Assembly: GCA_041690395.1 (NCBI GenBank)
Contig: JAWLHJ010000003.1
Location: 576,001-640,000 of the forward strand
From: Longimicrobiales bacterium
GTDB taxonomy: Bacteria; Gemmatimonadota; Gemmatimonadetes; Longimicrobiales; Gaopeijiaceae
Direction: 5' to 3'
Length of the DNA stretch: 64,000 nt
Part shown: positions 19,214 through 28,090 of the stretch, piece by piece
Numbering within the stretch: the stretch's first letter is position 1
Layout: every line of letters starts with the position of its first letter
The notes under the pieces: generated by a model
The model's database searches: none
The model's input: only the letters and a program-made list of their open reading frames with translations
Told to the model about the DNA's origin: nothing
Translations under genes and position numbers: made by a program

Positions 19214-19933
19214 CTACGGGACCGGCACCCTCTCCGGCAGCGTGTCCAGCAGCGCCCGCACGATCCTCGCGGGAAAGGCGCCGTTCTCGCCCACCAGCGC
19301 CTGGCTCACTTCGATCTCGATGCCCAGGTAGCGATCCACCGGAAAGCGGCGCCTGAGTGTCGTCGTGAGGCCGTCCGAGCTCCCACGGTACGGGTGGTTC
19401 CGCCGGACGCGGAAGTCGGGAAGCGCCTCCCGGAGCCGCCTCGTCCATGCCGCAGCCACTACGCGCTCTGAAGCACGGGCCGGGTCGTAGAGGAGTGCGA
19501 GGTCGGCCCGGCGCGCCACGCCCCTGAGCACCGGCGTGAACGAATGGACGCCCAGGTGGAGCACGTCGTGGCCCTCCGCCACCAGCGCCGTCACCGCCGT
19601 CTCGACCCGGTCCCTGTGGGGGGTGTGGTAGCGCGCGAGCAACCGGGCGCGCTCGTCGCGGGGGAGGGTCCGCGTCACCTCCGAGAAGACGGCGGGGTTG
19701 GTCGGGGACCGGTTCAGGTCGACGAGCAGTCTCGTGACGGTCGCCACGTGGCAGGGCGCATCGAGCGCGTTGGACAGGGAGCGCGCGAGCTCCGCGCTGC
19801 CGGGATCCCACCCGCGATGGGACGCGAGCAGAGCCTTCCGGTGGCGGAACAGCGGCCCGTAGGGCGCCGGCACGTCGTTGCCGCCGTGCTCGGCCGAGAT
19901 CAGGGCGCGAAGGGCTCGTTCGCGTCGAGGCAT
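19214..19933 (-). CDS. N-formylglutamate amidohydrolase family protein
   Basis: EHGGN, HRGWDPG, RLLVDLNRS, HSFTP, EIEV. Confidence 0.85.
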   Translation of the reverse strand: MPRRERALRALISAEHGGNDVPAPYGPLFRHRKALLASHRGWDPGSAELARSLSNALDAPCHVATVTRLLVDLNRSPTNPAVFSEVTRTLPRDERARLLARYHTPHRDRVETAVTALVAEGHDVLHLGVHSFTPVLRGVARRADLALLYDPARASERVVAAAWTRRLREALPDFRVRRNHPYRGSSDGLTTTLRRRFPVDRYLGIEIEVSQALVGENGAFPARIVRALLDTLPERVPVP

Positions 19934-21222
19934 GCGGACAGATCTCGGTATAGGGCGCGGAGCTCGACGGACGCCCGGCTCCCGCCCGAGCCCGCAAGCG
20001 CGCGCTCGTCGACGGCCTCGACCATGCGGCGCGCAAGCGGCCCGCGGTCCAGCAACGTGCCGAGCGACTCCGACCAGTCGCCCGATCCGTCGGACGGCGG
20101 GAACCGGTCGACGAGCGTCCGCCACGCGTCGCCGGCGGTGAGCGGCTCCGTTCCGAGCTCGAGCACACTCAGGTAGTCCCGATCGTCGATGCGGGCGAGG
20201 TCCGCGTCCACGATGCATCGGCCGAGCAGCTCGGCCAGACGGTCGTGATCCGGATCGAGTGACACGTCACGCTCGGCCAGCGGACCCACCGCCAGGGCCC
20301 GCACGACCTCGGTGACGGCAGCCACCACCGCCAGATCCGCCGCGGGACACTCCTGGGTGTCGATGAGGCGGATCTCGATGGCGCCGCGGTCGAAGCGCGC
20401 GATGGCGCCGCGGGCGTTCACCCACTCGTGGCGTAGCACCCCGTCGGGGTCGAGCGATTCGAGGTCGGCGTAGATGCGCCCGAGGATCTCCCGCTCGTAC
20501 GCCGCACGCGTGAACACCGCCTCGGGCACCACCGCACCCGCCACGGACGGGACTCGCCGCGCGTTGCCACGGTACATGAGGAGCCGCGTATCGAGCGCCG
20601 GCCCGCGCCCGCCGTCCATGAAGGGCGACGACGCCGCCAACGCCGGAATCAGCGGCAGGACCAAACGAATCGCGGCGTGCAGCCGCCCGAACTCCTCGTC
20701 CCCACGGAACGGGAGGTTCACATGCGTACTCTGCAGATTGGCCCATCCGTGGCCGGAGCACCCGAAGATCCGGTCGAAGGTCCGGTAGACGTCGGTGTAC
20801 TCGTGAGGCCAGAGGCGCGTCTCGGTGGCGGGGTCCATCCACGGATGCATACCGCCGGGCAGAAGCCGGGCTCCCTGCTCCGCGAGCGCGGCGTTCGCCT
20901 CCCGCACCCCGGTGTGGAACGCTCCGGCGAGGCCGGCCAGCCGCTCCGCCGGGCCGTTGGTCTTCAGCTCGAGGACGTGGAGTGCGAGCTCGTTCGACCA
21001 CGCGATCGGTCCGCGCTCGATCTCCGATTCGGGAGCGCCCGCCACGGTCTCGATGAGCCGGTCGCAGACGGGGCGCAGATCGAGGGTCTCCCGGTCCGCG
21101 ATCATGTATTCGATCTCGATCCCGAACGCCTCGAACAGCCCCGGTCGGTCCTCCTTGGGGAGCACGGTCGTCGGCTTCCCGCCCTCCTCGCTCATCGTCC
21201 GGTCCCGTCGCTCATCGTCCAT
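19900..21222 (-). CDS. Glutamate-cysteine ligase family 2 (GCS2) carboxylate-amine ligase
   Basis: FGIEIEY, ELKT, GMHPW, HVNLP, ALAASSPF, IEIRLID. Confidence 0.85.
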   Translation of the reverse strand: MDDERRDRTMSEEGGKPTTVLPKEDRPGLFEAFGIEIEYMIADRETLDLRPVCDRLIETVAGAPESEIERGPIAWSNELALHVLELKTNGPAERLAGLAGAFHTGVREANAALAEQGARLLPGGMHPWMDPATETRLWPHEYTDVYRTFDRIFGCSGHGWANLQSTHVNLPFRGDEEFGRLHAAIRLVLPLIPALAASSPFMDGGRGPALDTRLLMYRGNARRVPSVAGAVVPEAVFTRAAYEREILGRIYADLESLDPDGVLRHEWVNARGAIARFDRGAIEIRLIDTQECPAADLAVVAAVTEVVRALAVGPLAERDVSLDPDHDRLAELLGRCIVDADLARIDDRDYLSVLELGTEPLTAGDAWRTLVDRFPPSDGSGDWSESLGTLLDRGPLARRMVEAVDERALAGSGGSRASVELRALYRDLSACLDANEPFAP

Positions 21223-22687
21223 TCCCCTCGGAGCCGCGACGGTCGAGCCGGACCCTGAACCAACGGGCGATCTCGTCGTAGATGACGTCCTTGAGCACGG
21301 CGTCCTCGTATCCGGCGTCGAGATTCGGGTTGTCGTTGACTTCCATGACCACGACGCGCCCGTCGATCTCCTTCAGGTCGACGCCGTACAGCTCGTCGCC
21401 GAAGAGCGACGCCGCCCGGAGCGCCGTATCGAGCACAGCCTGCGGCACCTCCTCGAAGGGGACGGCTTCCACCTTCCCGTACTTCCGGTCCCGCTCGCCG
21501 CCCTGGACGATCTGCCAGTGTCCTTTCGCCATGTGGTAGCGCGCCGCGAACAGGGGCCGCCGGTCGAGCACCCCGATCCGCCAGTCGAAGTCCGAGGGCG
21601 TGAACTCCTGCGCCACGACGAGCTCGGACTCCTCGAGAAGCGCGTCGAGGCGCTCCTGGACCTCCTCCGGAGTCGTCGCCTTGACCACTCCGATCGAGAA
21701 CGCCCCGTCCGGCTTCTTCAGCACCAGCGGGAGCCCGACCCGCTCGACCAGCTCGTCGCGGTTCCCCTCGTGCACGACGAAGGTGCGGGGCGAGGGGATG
21801 CCGTTGCGGACGAAGAGCTCGGCCTGGTAGACCTTGTTGGTCGCGCGCACGATGGCTTCCGGCTGGTCCATGACCACGAGACCCTCCGCGACCGCCCTGG
21901 TCGCGAAGCGATATGTGTGATGGTCGACGCGGGTGGTCTCGCGCAGGAAGAGCGCGTCGAACTCGGCGAGCCGGCCGTAGTCCTCGGGCTCGATGATGCT
22001 GCAGTCGATACCCTGGCGGGCCGCGGCCCGCACGAAGCGCTTTATGGCCCGCTCGTCCGATGGAGCGCTGGGGTCGTCCTCGGACCAGAGGATCGCCAGG
22101 TCGTACTGGAACGCCCGGGTGCGGCGGGGCGGTCCCTCCGGTCGCGCGAAGAACTCGTTCGCTCGCTTCAGCACGAAGTCACGGTGCTTGTCCGGGATCT
22201 CCGACGCGGCTCCCAGGCGCAGGTTCCCCAGGCGCCACCATCCCTCTACGCGCTGGAACTTCGCGAAGAGGAACGGCGCGGGGAATTGGTTGAAGATGGC
22301 CCTGCACAGCTTGTCGTAGCGGGTCGCCACGTTCCGCCCGAAATAGATGCTCAGGCGGAACTCGTCGGCACGGAGCCGTCCGAGCACCTGCTGCATCTCG
22401 CGCTCCAGATCCTCGTCTTCCGAGGCGATGCGGATGAGCGGGGACTGGGTGAGCGCCTGGACGGTCGACACGGACGGGAGGGGCCTGTGCCCCCGGGCGG
22501 CGGCCAACAGCGACACGTAATACCCGACCGACTGGTATCCCAGGCGACGGCACAGATTGTACACGGCGGCCCGGCGCATGGCGGCGAACCGCGGCTCGAC
22601 CAGGTACTGGCGCGCGGCCACCACCTCGGCGCCGTCGACGTCGAACGGCCAGCGCTTCGGGTTCTCGACGACGATCAGCGACTTCAC
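21212..22687 (-). CDS. RimK-family ATP-grasp ligase with RLAN N-terminal domain
   Basis: GYYVSLLAAARGHRPLPS (RLAN); LKKPDGAFSIGV, DWRIGVL, YGVDLK, EVNDNPN. Confidence 0.9.
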   Translation of the reverse strand: MKSLIVVENPKRWPFDVDGAEVVAARQYLVEPRFAAMRRAAVYNLCRRLGYQSVGYYVSLLAAARGHRPLPSVSTVQALTQSPLIRIASEDEDLEREMQQVLGRLRADEFRLSIYFGRNVATRYDKLCRAIFNQFPAPFLFAKFQRVEGWWRLGNLRLGAASEIPDKHRDFVLKRANEFFARPEGPPRRTRAFQYDLAILWSEDDPSAPSDERAIKRFVRAAARQGIDCSIIEPEDYGRLAEFDALFLRETTRVDHHTYRFATRAVAEGLVVMDQPEAIVRATNKVYQAELFVRNGIPSPRTFVVHEGNRDELVERVGLPLVLKKPDGAFSIGVVKATTPEEVQERLDALLEESELVVAQEFTPSDFDWRIGVLDRRPLFAARYHMAKGHWQIVQGGERDRKYGKVEAVPFEEVPQAVLDTALRAASLFGDELYGVDLKEIDGRVVVMEVNDNPNLDAGYEDAVLKDVIYDEIARWFRVRLDRRGSEGNGR

Positions 22688-23421
22688 TCGTACTCCAGCG
22701 CGTCGTCTTCCCGGGGTTGCACCACCAGGAGGTTCGCGTCGTACGTGAGCACGCCGAGCATGATCGCCCCGAGCAGCCGCATGAGCCCGACCCTGTAGCT
22801 TGGGCTCTGAAAGCGTGGATTGTCGTGCAGCGGGTCGGCGACCAGCACGGAGTCCGAGACCGGGTCGTAGCCGTGCAGGACCACGAAGTGGCCGGTCGCG
22901 CTACCCCGGACCGAGTCGTATCGGGAGCGACCCTCGCTGAACACCTCGCGGGCGCAGTCGTACAGGTACGTGGCCGAGAGGCCGGTCATGATCGGGAGCC
23001 CGTCCATGAGATGCTCACGGATCAGGTCGGGGCCGAGCTCTTCGAAGCGGACGCGCCCGCCGCCGAGGAGGAAGTCCACGTACGCCCGGGTCGCCGCGCG
23101 CAGCGTGGGATCGGTCTTCACCTCGGCCTGCTCGCGCAGCCGCTCCACGAGCCGAGGCGGATCGTCCTCGAACCAGGTCGGATCGAAAAGGCCCAGGTTG
23201 TACGTGTAGAGCGTAGCCCGGTATCCGCGCTCGAGCGCATGGAGCCCGAGATAGGCCCCCAGCGTCCCGCCGGTCGCGAGCGGGGTGACCTCGGAGATGA
23301 CTCGGTCGAGCGGGACCGAGTCCCCGTGGAATCCGTAGACCGCGTGGAGGCATGTTGGCCCACACGTCTCGTCGTCCGGCTGCCGGAGGATCTCGAGTCT
23401 GAGTTCGGTATGCGGGGTCAT
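22684..23421 (-). CDS. Peptidase C39-like (papain-fold) protein
   Basis: QPDDETCGPTCL, GHFVVLHGYD, ADP catalytic pattern. Confidence 0.85.
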   Translation of the reverse strand: MTPHTELRLEILRQPDDETCGPTCLHAVYGFHGDSVPLDRVISEVTPLATGGTLGAYLGLHALERGYRATLYTYNLGLFDPTWFEDDPPRLVERLREQAEVKTDPTLRAATRAYVDFLLGGGRVRFEELGPDLIREHLMDGLPIMTGLSATYLYDCAREVFSEGRSRYDSVRGSATGHFVVLHGYDPVSDSVLVADPLHDNPRFQSPSYRVGLMRLLGAIMLGVLTYDANLLVVQPREDDALEYE

Positions 23422-23475
23422 GTAGGCGAAAGATACCGAAGCGCCCCACGCCGAGGGAGACGTTACTTTGCCGGC

Positions 23476-24129
23476 ATGAGACCCGAACGATTCCAGCGTA
23501 TACGCGACGTGCTGCTTCGGCGGCAGCCCGACCTGACGGTCCTCATGGACCGGGTGAACAAGTCGCACAACTTCTCCGCGATCCTCCGGAACTGCGACGC
23601 GGCCGGAGTTCTCGACGTGCACGTCGTACCGCCCGAGCACGGGTTGGACCTCCATCACGCCACCTCGGCGGGAACCAAGAAGTGGGTGGGCGTGCATCCC
23701 CACACCGACATCGGCTCGGCGGTGTCACATCTGCGGGACCGGGGATTCCACCTGGTCGCCGCCCACCCCACCGCCGACGCCGTCGACTTCCGTGACTACG
23801 ACTTCACCCGGCCGACCGCCCTCGTCATGGGCGCCGAGCTGCACGGGGTCTCGGACGAGGCGCTCGCCGCGGCCGGCACCCACGTGGTGATCCCCATGTT
23901 GGGCATGGTCCATTCGCTCAACGTCTCGGTGGCGACCGCCCTGCTTCTGTACGAAGCGATGCGCCAGCGGGAGGCAGCCGGTATGTACGCGGAGAGTCGG
24001 CTCTCCCCGGAAGCGCTTCGTGCCCGGCTGTTCGAATGGGCCTACCCCTCCGTCGCTCGCCGTCTCGAGGCCGAAGGACGCCCCTACCCCGACCTCGACG
24101 CGAACGGGCAGCCTCTCCCCACGGACTGA
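23476..24129 (+). CDS. trmH: tRNA (guanosine-18-2'-O)-methyltransferase
   Basis: RQPDLTVLMD..HNFSAILRNCDA, GAELHG, IPMLGMVHSLNVSVA, LFEWAYP. Confidence 0.9.
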   Translation: MRPERFQRIRDVLLRRQPDLTVLMDRVNKSHNFSAILRNCDAAGVLDVHVVPPEHGLDLHHATSAGTKKWVGVHPHTDIGSAVSHLRDRGFHLVAAHPTADAVDFRDYDFTRPTALVMGAELHGVSDEALAAAGTHVVIPMLGMVHSLNVSVATALLLYEAMRQREAAGMYAESRLSPEALRARLFEWAYPSVARRLEAEGRPYPDLDANGQPLPTD

Positions 24130-24217
24130 GGCCGACGCCGGCCCTCGAAGTCGAGCGTCCGCCCCCAGGACATCTGGCCCGGGGGCGCTGTGTGCACGTT
24201 TGCGGCCTCACGTGTAT

Positions 24218-24328
24218 TTGCCGCGAACCCGAATATCGTTCACGATGCCCAAGTTGAACGCTTCAGAGGGCAGCGCGACGATACGCACGGCACACCATCC
24301 GTTCACCAGAGGTATATGGAACGCTTCA
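24218..24328 (+). promoter_or_regulatory. Promoter TTGCCG-N17-CACGAT with two 24-bp operator-like boxes CGTTCAC-N12-GAACG
   Basis: Boxes at 24237-24260 and 24300-24323, each followed by CTTCA; the first covers the -10, the second covers the RBS and ATG. Confidence 0.6.
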
Positions 24329-25263
24329 AGACGAAGGCGGCCCTGACGAGCTCCGAGACGGCCGAGCTCCTGAGCGTCCATCCGTCCACGGTGAAACGGT
24401 GGTGCAACGACGGGCAGCTGGCGTTCGCCACCACGGCGGGTGGGCACCGGCGGATCCGCCTCGACGACGCCGTCGCGTTCTCGAAGAGACAGGGCATCCG
24501 GACCGTGCTCACCCCGTTCGCGCCCTTCGAGCCCCACGCATGGTCCGCGCTGAGCGCGGCGCGGCAGGACGGCTCGTTCCGGCCGCTGCACACGCTCGCT
24601 CTCGGGTGGGCCCTCCGCGGCGACGTCCGGCGGGTCGAACAGCTCTATACGGCCCTCGGACGCTCGGAGGACATCGGGTTCTGCTCTTTCTGTGACGAGG
24701 CGATCCGCGGCCTCATGGACCGTGTCGGCCAGGCCTGGGTCGACGGGCGCCTGCGCGTCGGAGACGAGCACGTCATCAGCCAGATGATGATCGACGTGTT
24801 GCTACGCCTGCGTCAGGAGCGGCTCGACGACGCGTACGACCCCTACGCCAACGGCACCGCGCGCGTGGCGGTCGTCGGGACGCTCGAGGGGAACCAGCAT
24901 CATCTCGGAGCTCTGTGCGTGCGTCTCCTGCTGGAGCGGCTCGGATGGAGGGTGCACTACCTGGGTCCCGACGTCCCCGCTGACGACTTCGGGATGATCC
25001 AGAAGGGGCGAGGAGCCGATATCGTGTGCATCTCGCTCGGACCGGGTCATTCGGTCGGCGACGTCGGACGAACGGTCACGCTGCTCGGGTCGCTTTACGA
25101 CCGCTCCAGGCCCTATCGGCTGGTGTTCGGAGGCGACCCCACCGGCACGCCCCGGGCCGGCTACCTCGAGGGCCCCTTCCAGTCGGTGGACATCTTCGAT
25201 TCCTGCGCGGAGCTGCAGGCCAGGATCCACGTCACCCCCAGCAAGCCCGAGGAGGCCCGATGA
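24316..25263 (+). CDS. CarH/LitR-like cobalamin-binding MerR-type regulator
   Basis: HTH (TVKRW..GGHRR), W-x9-EH (WVDGRLRVGDEH), B12 motif NQHHLG, YLGPDVP; heads the carotenoid operon. Confidence 0.85.
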   Translation: MERFKTKAALTSSETAELLSVHPSTVKRWCNDGQLAFATTAGGHRRIRLDDAVAFSKRQGIRTVLTPFAPFEPHAWSALSAARQDGSFRPLHTLALGWALRGDVRRVEQLYTALGRSEDIGFCSFCDEAIRGLMDRVGQAWVDGRLRVGDEHVISQMMIDVLLRLRQERLDDAYDPYANGTARVAVVGTLEGNQHHLGALCVRLLLERLGWRVHYLGPDVPADDFGMIQKGRGADIVCISLGPGHSVGDVGRTVTLLGSLYDRSRPYRLVFGGDPTGTPRAGYLEGPFQSVDIFDSCAELQARIHVTPSKPEEAR

Positions 25264-26105
25264 AGCCCGAAGCGGCCCCCACCCATCGCACGGAAGCGGC
25301 CGGCCTCGTCTTCCTCTTCACGTTCACGCTCCTGGCCGTCATCGGGTACGGCGTCTTCGGGCTCAACCCCGGGCGCCTACCGTCCGACGGCCTCTCGCGT
25401 CGTCTCTACAACGTGTCGTTTCAGTTCTTCGCCCAGGCGCAGATCCTGATCGCGCTGGCGGTGCTTCTCATCCCCCTTGCCCGCCGATGTGGATGGCGGA
25501 TTCTCGGGCCGTTCGCCGCGGTGTACGTCCTGAGCTTCCTGTCCGAGCACATCGGAACGGGCTACGGCATCCCGTTCGGCGGATACGAATACACGGGGCT
25601 GTTGGGCGCCCGCGTCGGTCCCCGGGTCCCCGCGCTCATCCCGGTGAGCTGGTTCCTGATGGCCGTGCCCTCGTGGGTCATGGCCCGAGCCGCGCTGGGC
25701 GTGGAGTCGAGCCGGTCGTCCCGCGTACTCGCGGGCGCCACCTGGCTCGTGGCATGGGACCTGGCCCTCGATCCGGCCATGAGCGCGCTCACCCCGTACT
25801 GGAGATGGGAGGACACCGGGCCCTACTACGGAATGCCCTGGCTCAATCTGGCGGGCTGGTATCTGACGGGCGTCGTGCTGCTCGGCGTGCTCGACGGTCT
25901 GGCCGACTGGGCTCGCTTGCACGCGCTTTCCACCCGTTGGATGGCGGGCTTCTACGGTGCGATGGTGCTCATGCCCGTGGGAATGCTCGCCGCCGCCGGA
26001 GCCTGGCTCGCGGTCGTGGTGACGATCGTGGCGCTCGCCATGCTCGCGTCCATGTCGATGGTCCGGCCGGGCGCCGCGCCCGTGCCGGATTCGGTGGTCG
26101 CATGA
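25260..26105 (+). CDS. cruF: Carotenoid 1,2-hydratase CruF-like membrane protein (DUF422)
   Basis: E..G..GIPFGGYEY, VP..IP.SW, WDLALDP, W.W..YYGMPWLN..GW. Confidence 0.75.
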   Translation: MKPEAAPTHRTEAAGLVFLFTFTLLAVIGYGVFGLNPGRLPSDGLSRRLYNVSFQFFAQAQILIALAVLLIPLARRCGWRILGPFAAVYVLSFLSEHIGTGYGIPFGGYEYTGLLGARVGPRVPALIPVSWFLMAVPSWVMARAALGVESSRSSRVLAGATWLVAWDLALDPAMSALTPYWRWEDTGPYYGMPWLNLAGWYLTGVVLLGVLDGLADWARLHALSTRWMAGFYGAMVLMPVGMLAAAGAWLAVVVTIVALAMLASMSMVRPGAAPVPDSVVA

Positions 26106-28090
26106 GCATGGCACATGGTGTGACGTGGCACGACGTACGGCCGCGAGCGGACACTGACGGCCTTCTCGCCGCCCGGACCGCGGTCGAAGTGGGGCTGGAG
26201 TCGGCCCGGGGCCTTCTTCGGGACCAGGGAGTGACCGTACCGGAGCTCGACGGAAAGCTCCTCCGCCCTCTCGTCGCCTATGCGCTGCTCGGCCCGTCCG
26301 GACGGGCCCGTCCGGACGCCGGCTTCTGGCGCGGAGCCCGCGCCAGCCAGATGGTCCACGAGGCGTCCCTGCTCCACGACGACATCGTCGACGGAGCGCC
26401 GCGAAGGAGGGGTGAGGCGACAACGGCCTCGTCCCGAGGCGTCGGGACGGCCCTCGTGCTCGGCGACCTCTACCTGACCGGAGCCTACCGGGCCGCCGCA
26501 CAGGCTGGGAGGCCGGCGTTCCTCGAAGCCTTCATCGACGCGGTGGAGCGTACGGTACACGGCGAGGCCGAACAGGGGCGCTCGGTCGGCCGCCGCCTGT
26601 CTCCGGGTGACTACGACCGGATCGTCCGAGGGAAGGCCGGCGCGCTCTTCGGAGCCGCCGCGGTGCTGGCCGCCGCCCCCGACGACGCGCGCCGGGATGG
26701 CACCCTCCGGGCCCGGATCGACCTGGGCGAGCGGCTGGGGGCCAGCTACCAGCGTATCGACGACCTGCTGGACTACTGCACCGCCTTCGACACCGGAAAG
26801 CCGCCCCTCCAGGACTACCGCCAGCGCAAGTGGACCTGGGTGCTCGACCTCGTCGACGACGTCGAGGGCTTCGACAAGGAGGCCGACGAGGTCGTGCGCC
26901 GGGTCTTCGAGCCCGGCCCTGACGGCCGGATTCCGGCCCGCACCGCGCTCGCGGTGCTCGAGGTCGAGCGGGCCGCGCTGCTCCAGCAGGTCGAGCGCTT
27001 AGCGGCAGGCGACCGTGTCGTCGGCGCCATCGTCGATGGATGGCTGGAGCGGGCGGTCGACGCGGTGGCGCGACAGGCCGCTGACCGTGCCGACGGTCGG
27101 GTCGAGCCGGCCGCCCGGCGTGCGTCCCCACCCCCCGTGTTCACCGGCTCCCCGGAGGACGAGGTACGCTCGCAGGCCCTCGCGCTCGGAGGACCCGAGA
27201 GGTGGTCCGAGTACTTCGGCCGACACGCGAAGACCTTCCGACTCGCTTCCCGCCTCTTTCCCGCCGACGCGGCCGGCGTGATCGCCGGCGTGTATGCGTT
27301 CTGCCGCTTCACCGACGACCTGGTGGACGACCCCGTCGACGGCGCCGGCCCCGAGCGTGTCCGTGAGCGTCTCACCGCCTGGCGCATGCTCACTGAGCAG
27401 GCGTGGGAGGGCCACGCGACGGGGATCCCCGTGCTCGACGAGGTGATCGGTGGGGCGGCAGCCCGAGGTGTCTCCGCGCACTATCCGATGGCCCTGCTCG
27501 ACGGGGTGGAGATGGACCTCGACCGGACGAGCTACGAGCGCTGGCACGACCTCGAGCGATACACATTCTGCGTCGCCGGGGCCGTCGGCGGCTGGCTCAC
27601 CGAGGGCTTCGGCTTCCGGGACCCTACGCTCCTGCACTGCGCCCACTCGCTCGGTCACGCGATGCAGATCACCAACATCGCGCGCGACGTCGGCGAGGAC
27701 CTGGCGCGTGGACGGGTCTACTTGCCACTGGAGCTCCTGGCCGCGCACGACCTCGACCCTGTGGACCTCGGTATGCTGCCCGGGCTCGAAGGCCGGATGC
27801 CCGGCGCGTGGGTACGCGTGGTCGAGGCGCTGCTCTCCAGGGCCGACGCGCATTACGCCCGGGCGTGGCCGGGCATTCGGGCCCTCCCCGGATGGTATCG
27901 ACGGCCGGTGGCCGCGGCGGCGACCGCGTACCGCGGTATCCACGACGAGATCCGGGGCAACGGTTACGACAACCTGACGCGCCGGGCCCATACGTCACGG
28001 CCACGCAAGCTCTGGCTCGCCTTCGTAGGAGTGGCCGGAGCGCTCCGGGCGTCCGGTCTCCCCACTCGTCCCGAGAGGGCCTCACCATGA
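26102..28090 (+). CDS. Bifunctional polyprenyl (GGPP) synthase - phytoene synthase fusion (CrtE-CrtB)
   Basis: GKLLRP, HDDIVD..RRG, QRIDDLLD, then YAFCRFTDDLVD, MDL, VAGAVG, MQITNIARDVGED..GRVYLP in one ORF. Confidence 0.85.
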   Translation: MSMAHGVTWHDVRPRADTDGLLAARTAVEVGLESARGLLRDQGVTVPELDGKLLRPLVAYALLGPSGRARPDAGFWRGARASQMVHEASLLHDDIVDGAPRRRGEATTASSRGVGTALVLGDLYLTGAYRAAAQAGRPAFLEAFIDAVERTVHGEAEQGRSVGRRLSPGDYDRIVRGKAGALFGAAAVLAAAPDDARRDGTLRARIDLGERLGASYQRIDDLLDYCTAFDTGKPPLQDYRQRKWTWVLDLVDDVEGFDKEADEVVRRVFEPGPDGRIPARTALAVLEVERAALLQQVERLAAGDRVVGAIVDGWLERAVDAVARQAADRADGRVEPAARRASPPPVFTGSPEDEVRSQALALGGPERWSEYFGRHAKTFRLASRLFPADAAGVIAGVYAFCRFTDDLVDDPVDGAGPERVRERLTAWRMLTEQAWEGHATGIPVLDEVIGGAAARGVSAHYPMALLDGVEMDLDRTSYERWHDLERYTFCVAGAVGGWLTEGFGFRDPTLLHCAHSLGHAMQITNIARDVGEDLARGRVYLPLELLAAHDLDPVDLGMLPGLEGRMPGAWVRVVEALLSRADAHYARAWPGIRALPGWYRRPVAAAATAYRGIHDEIRGNGYDNLTRRAHTSRPRKLWLAFVGVAGALRASGLPTRPERASP

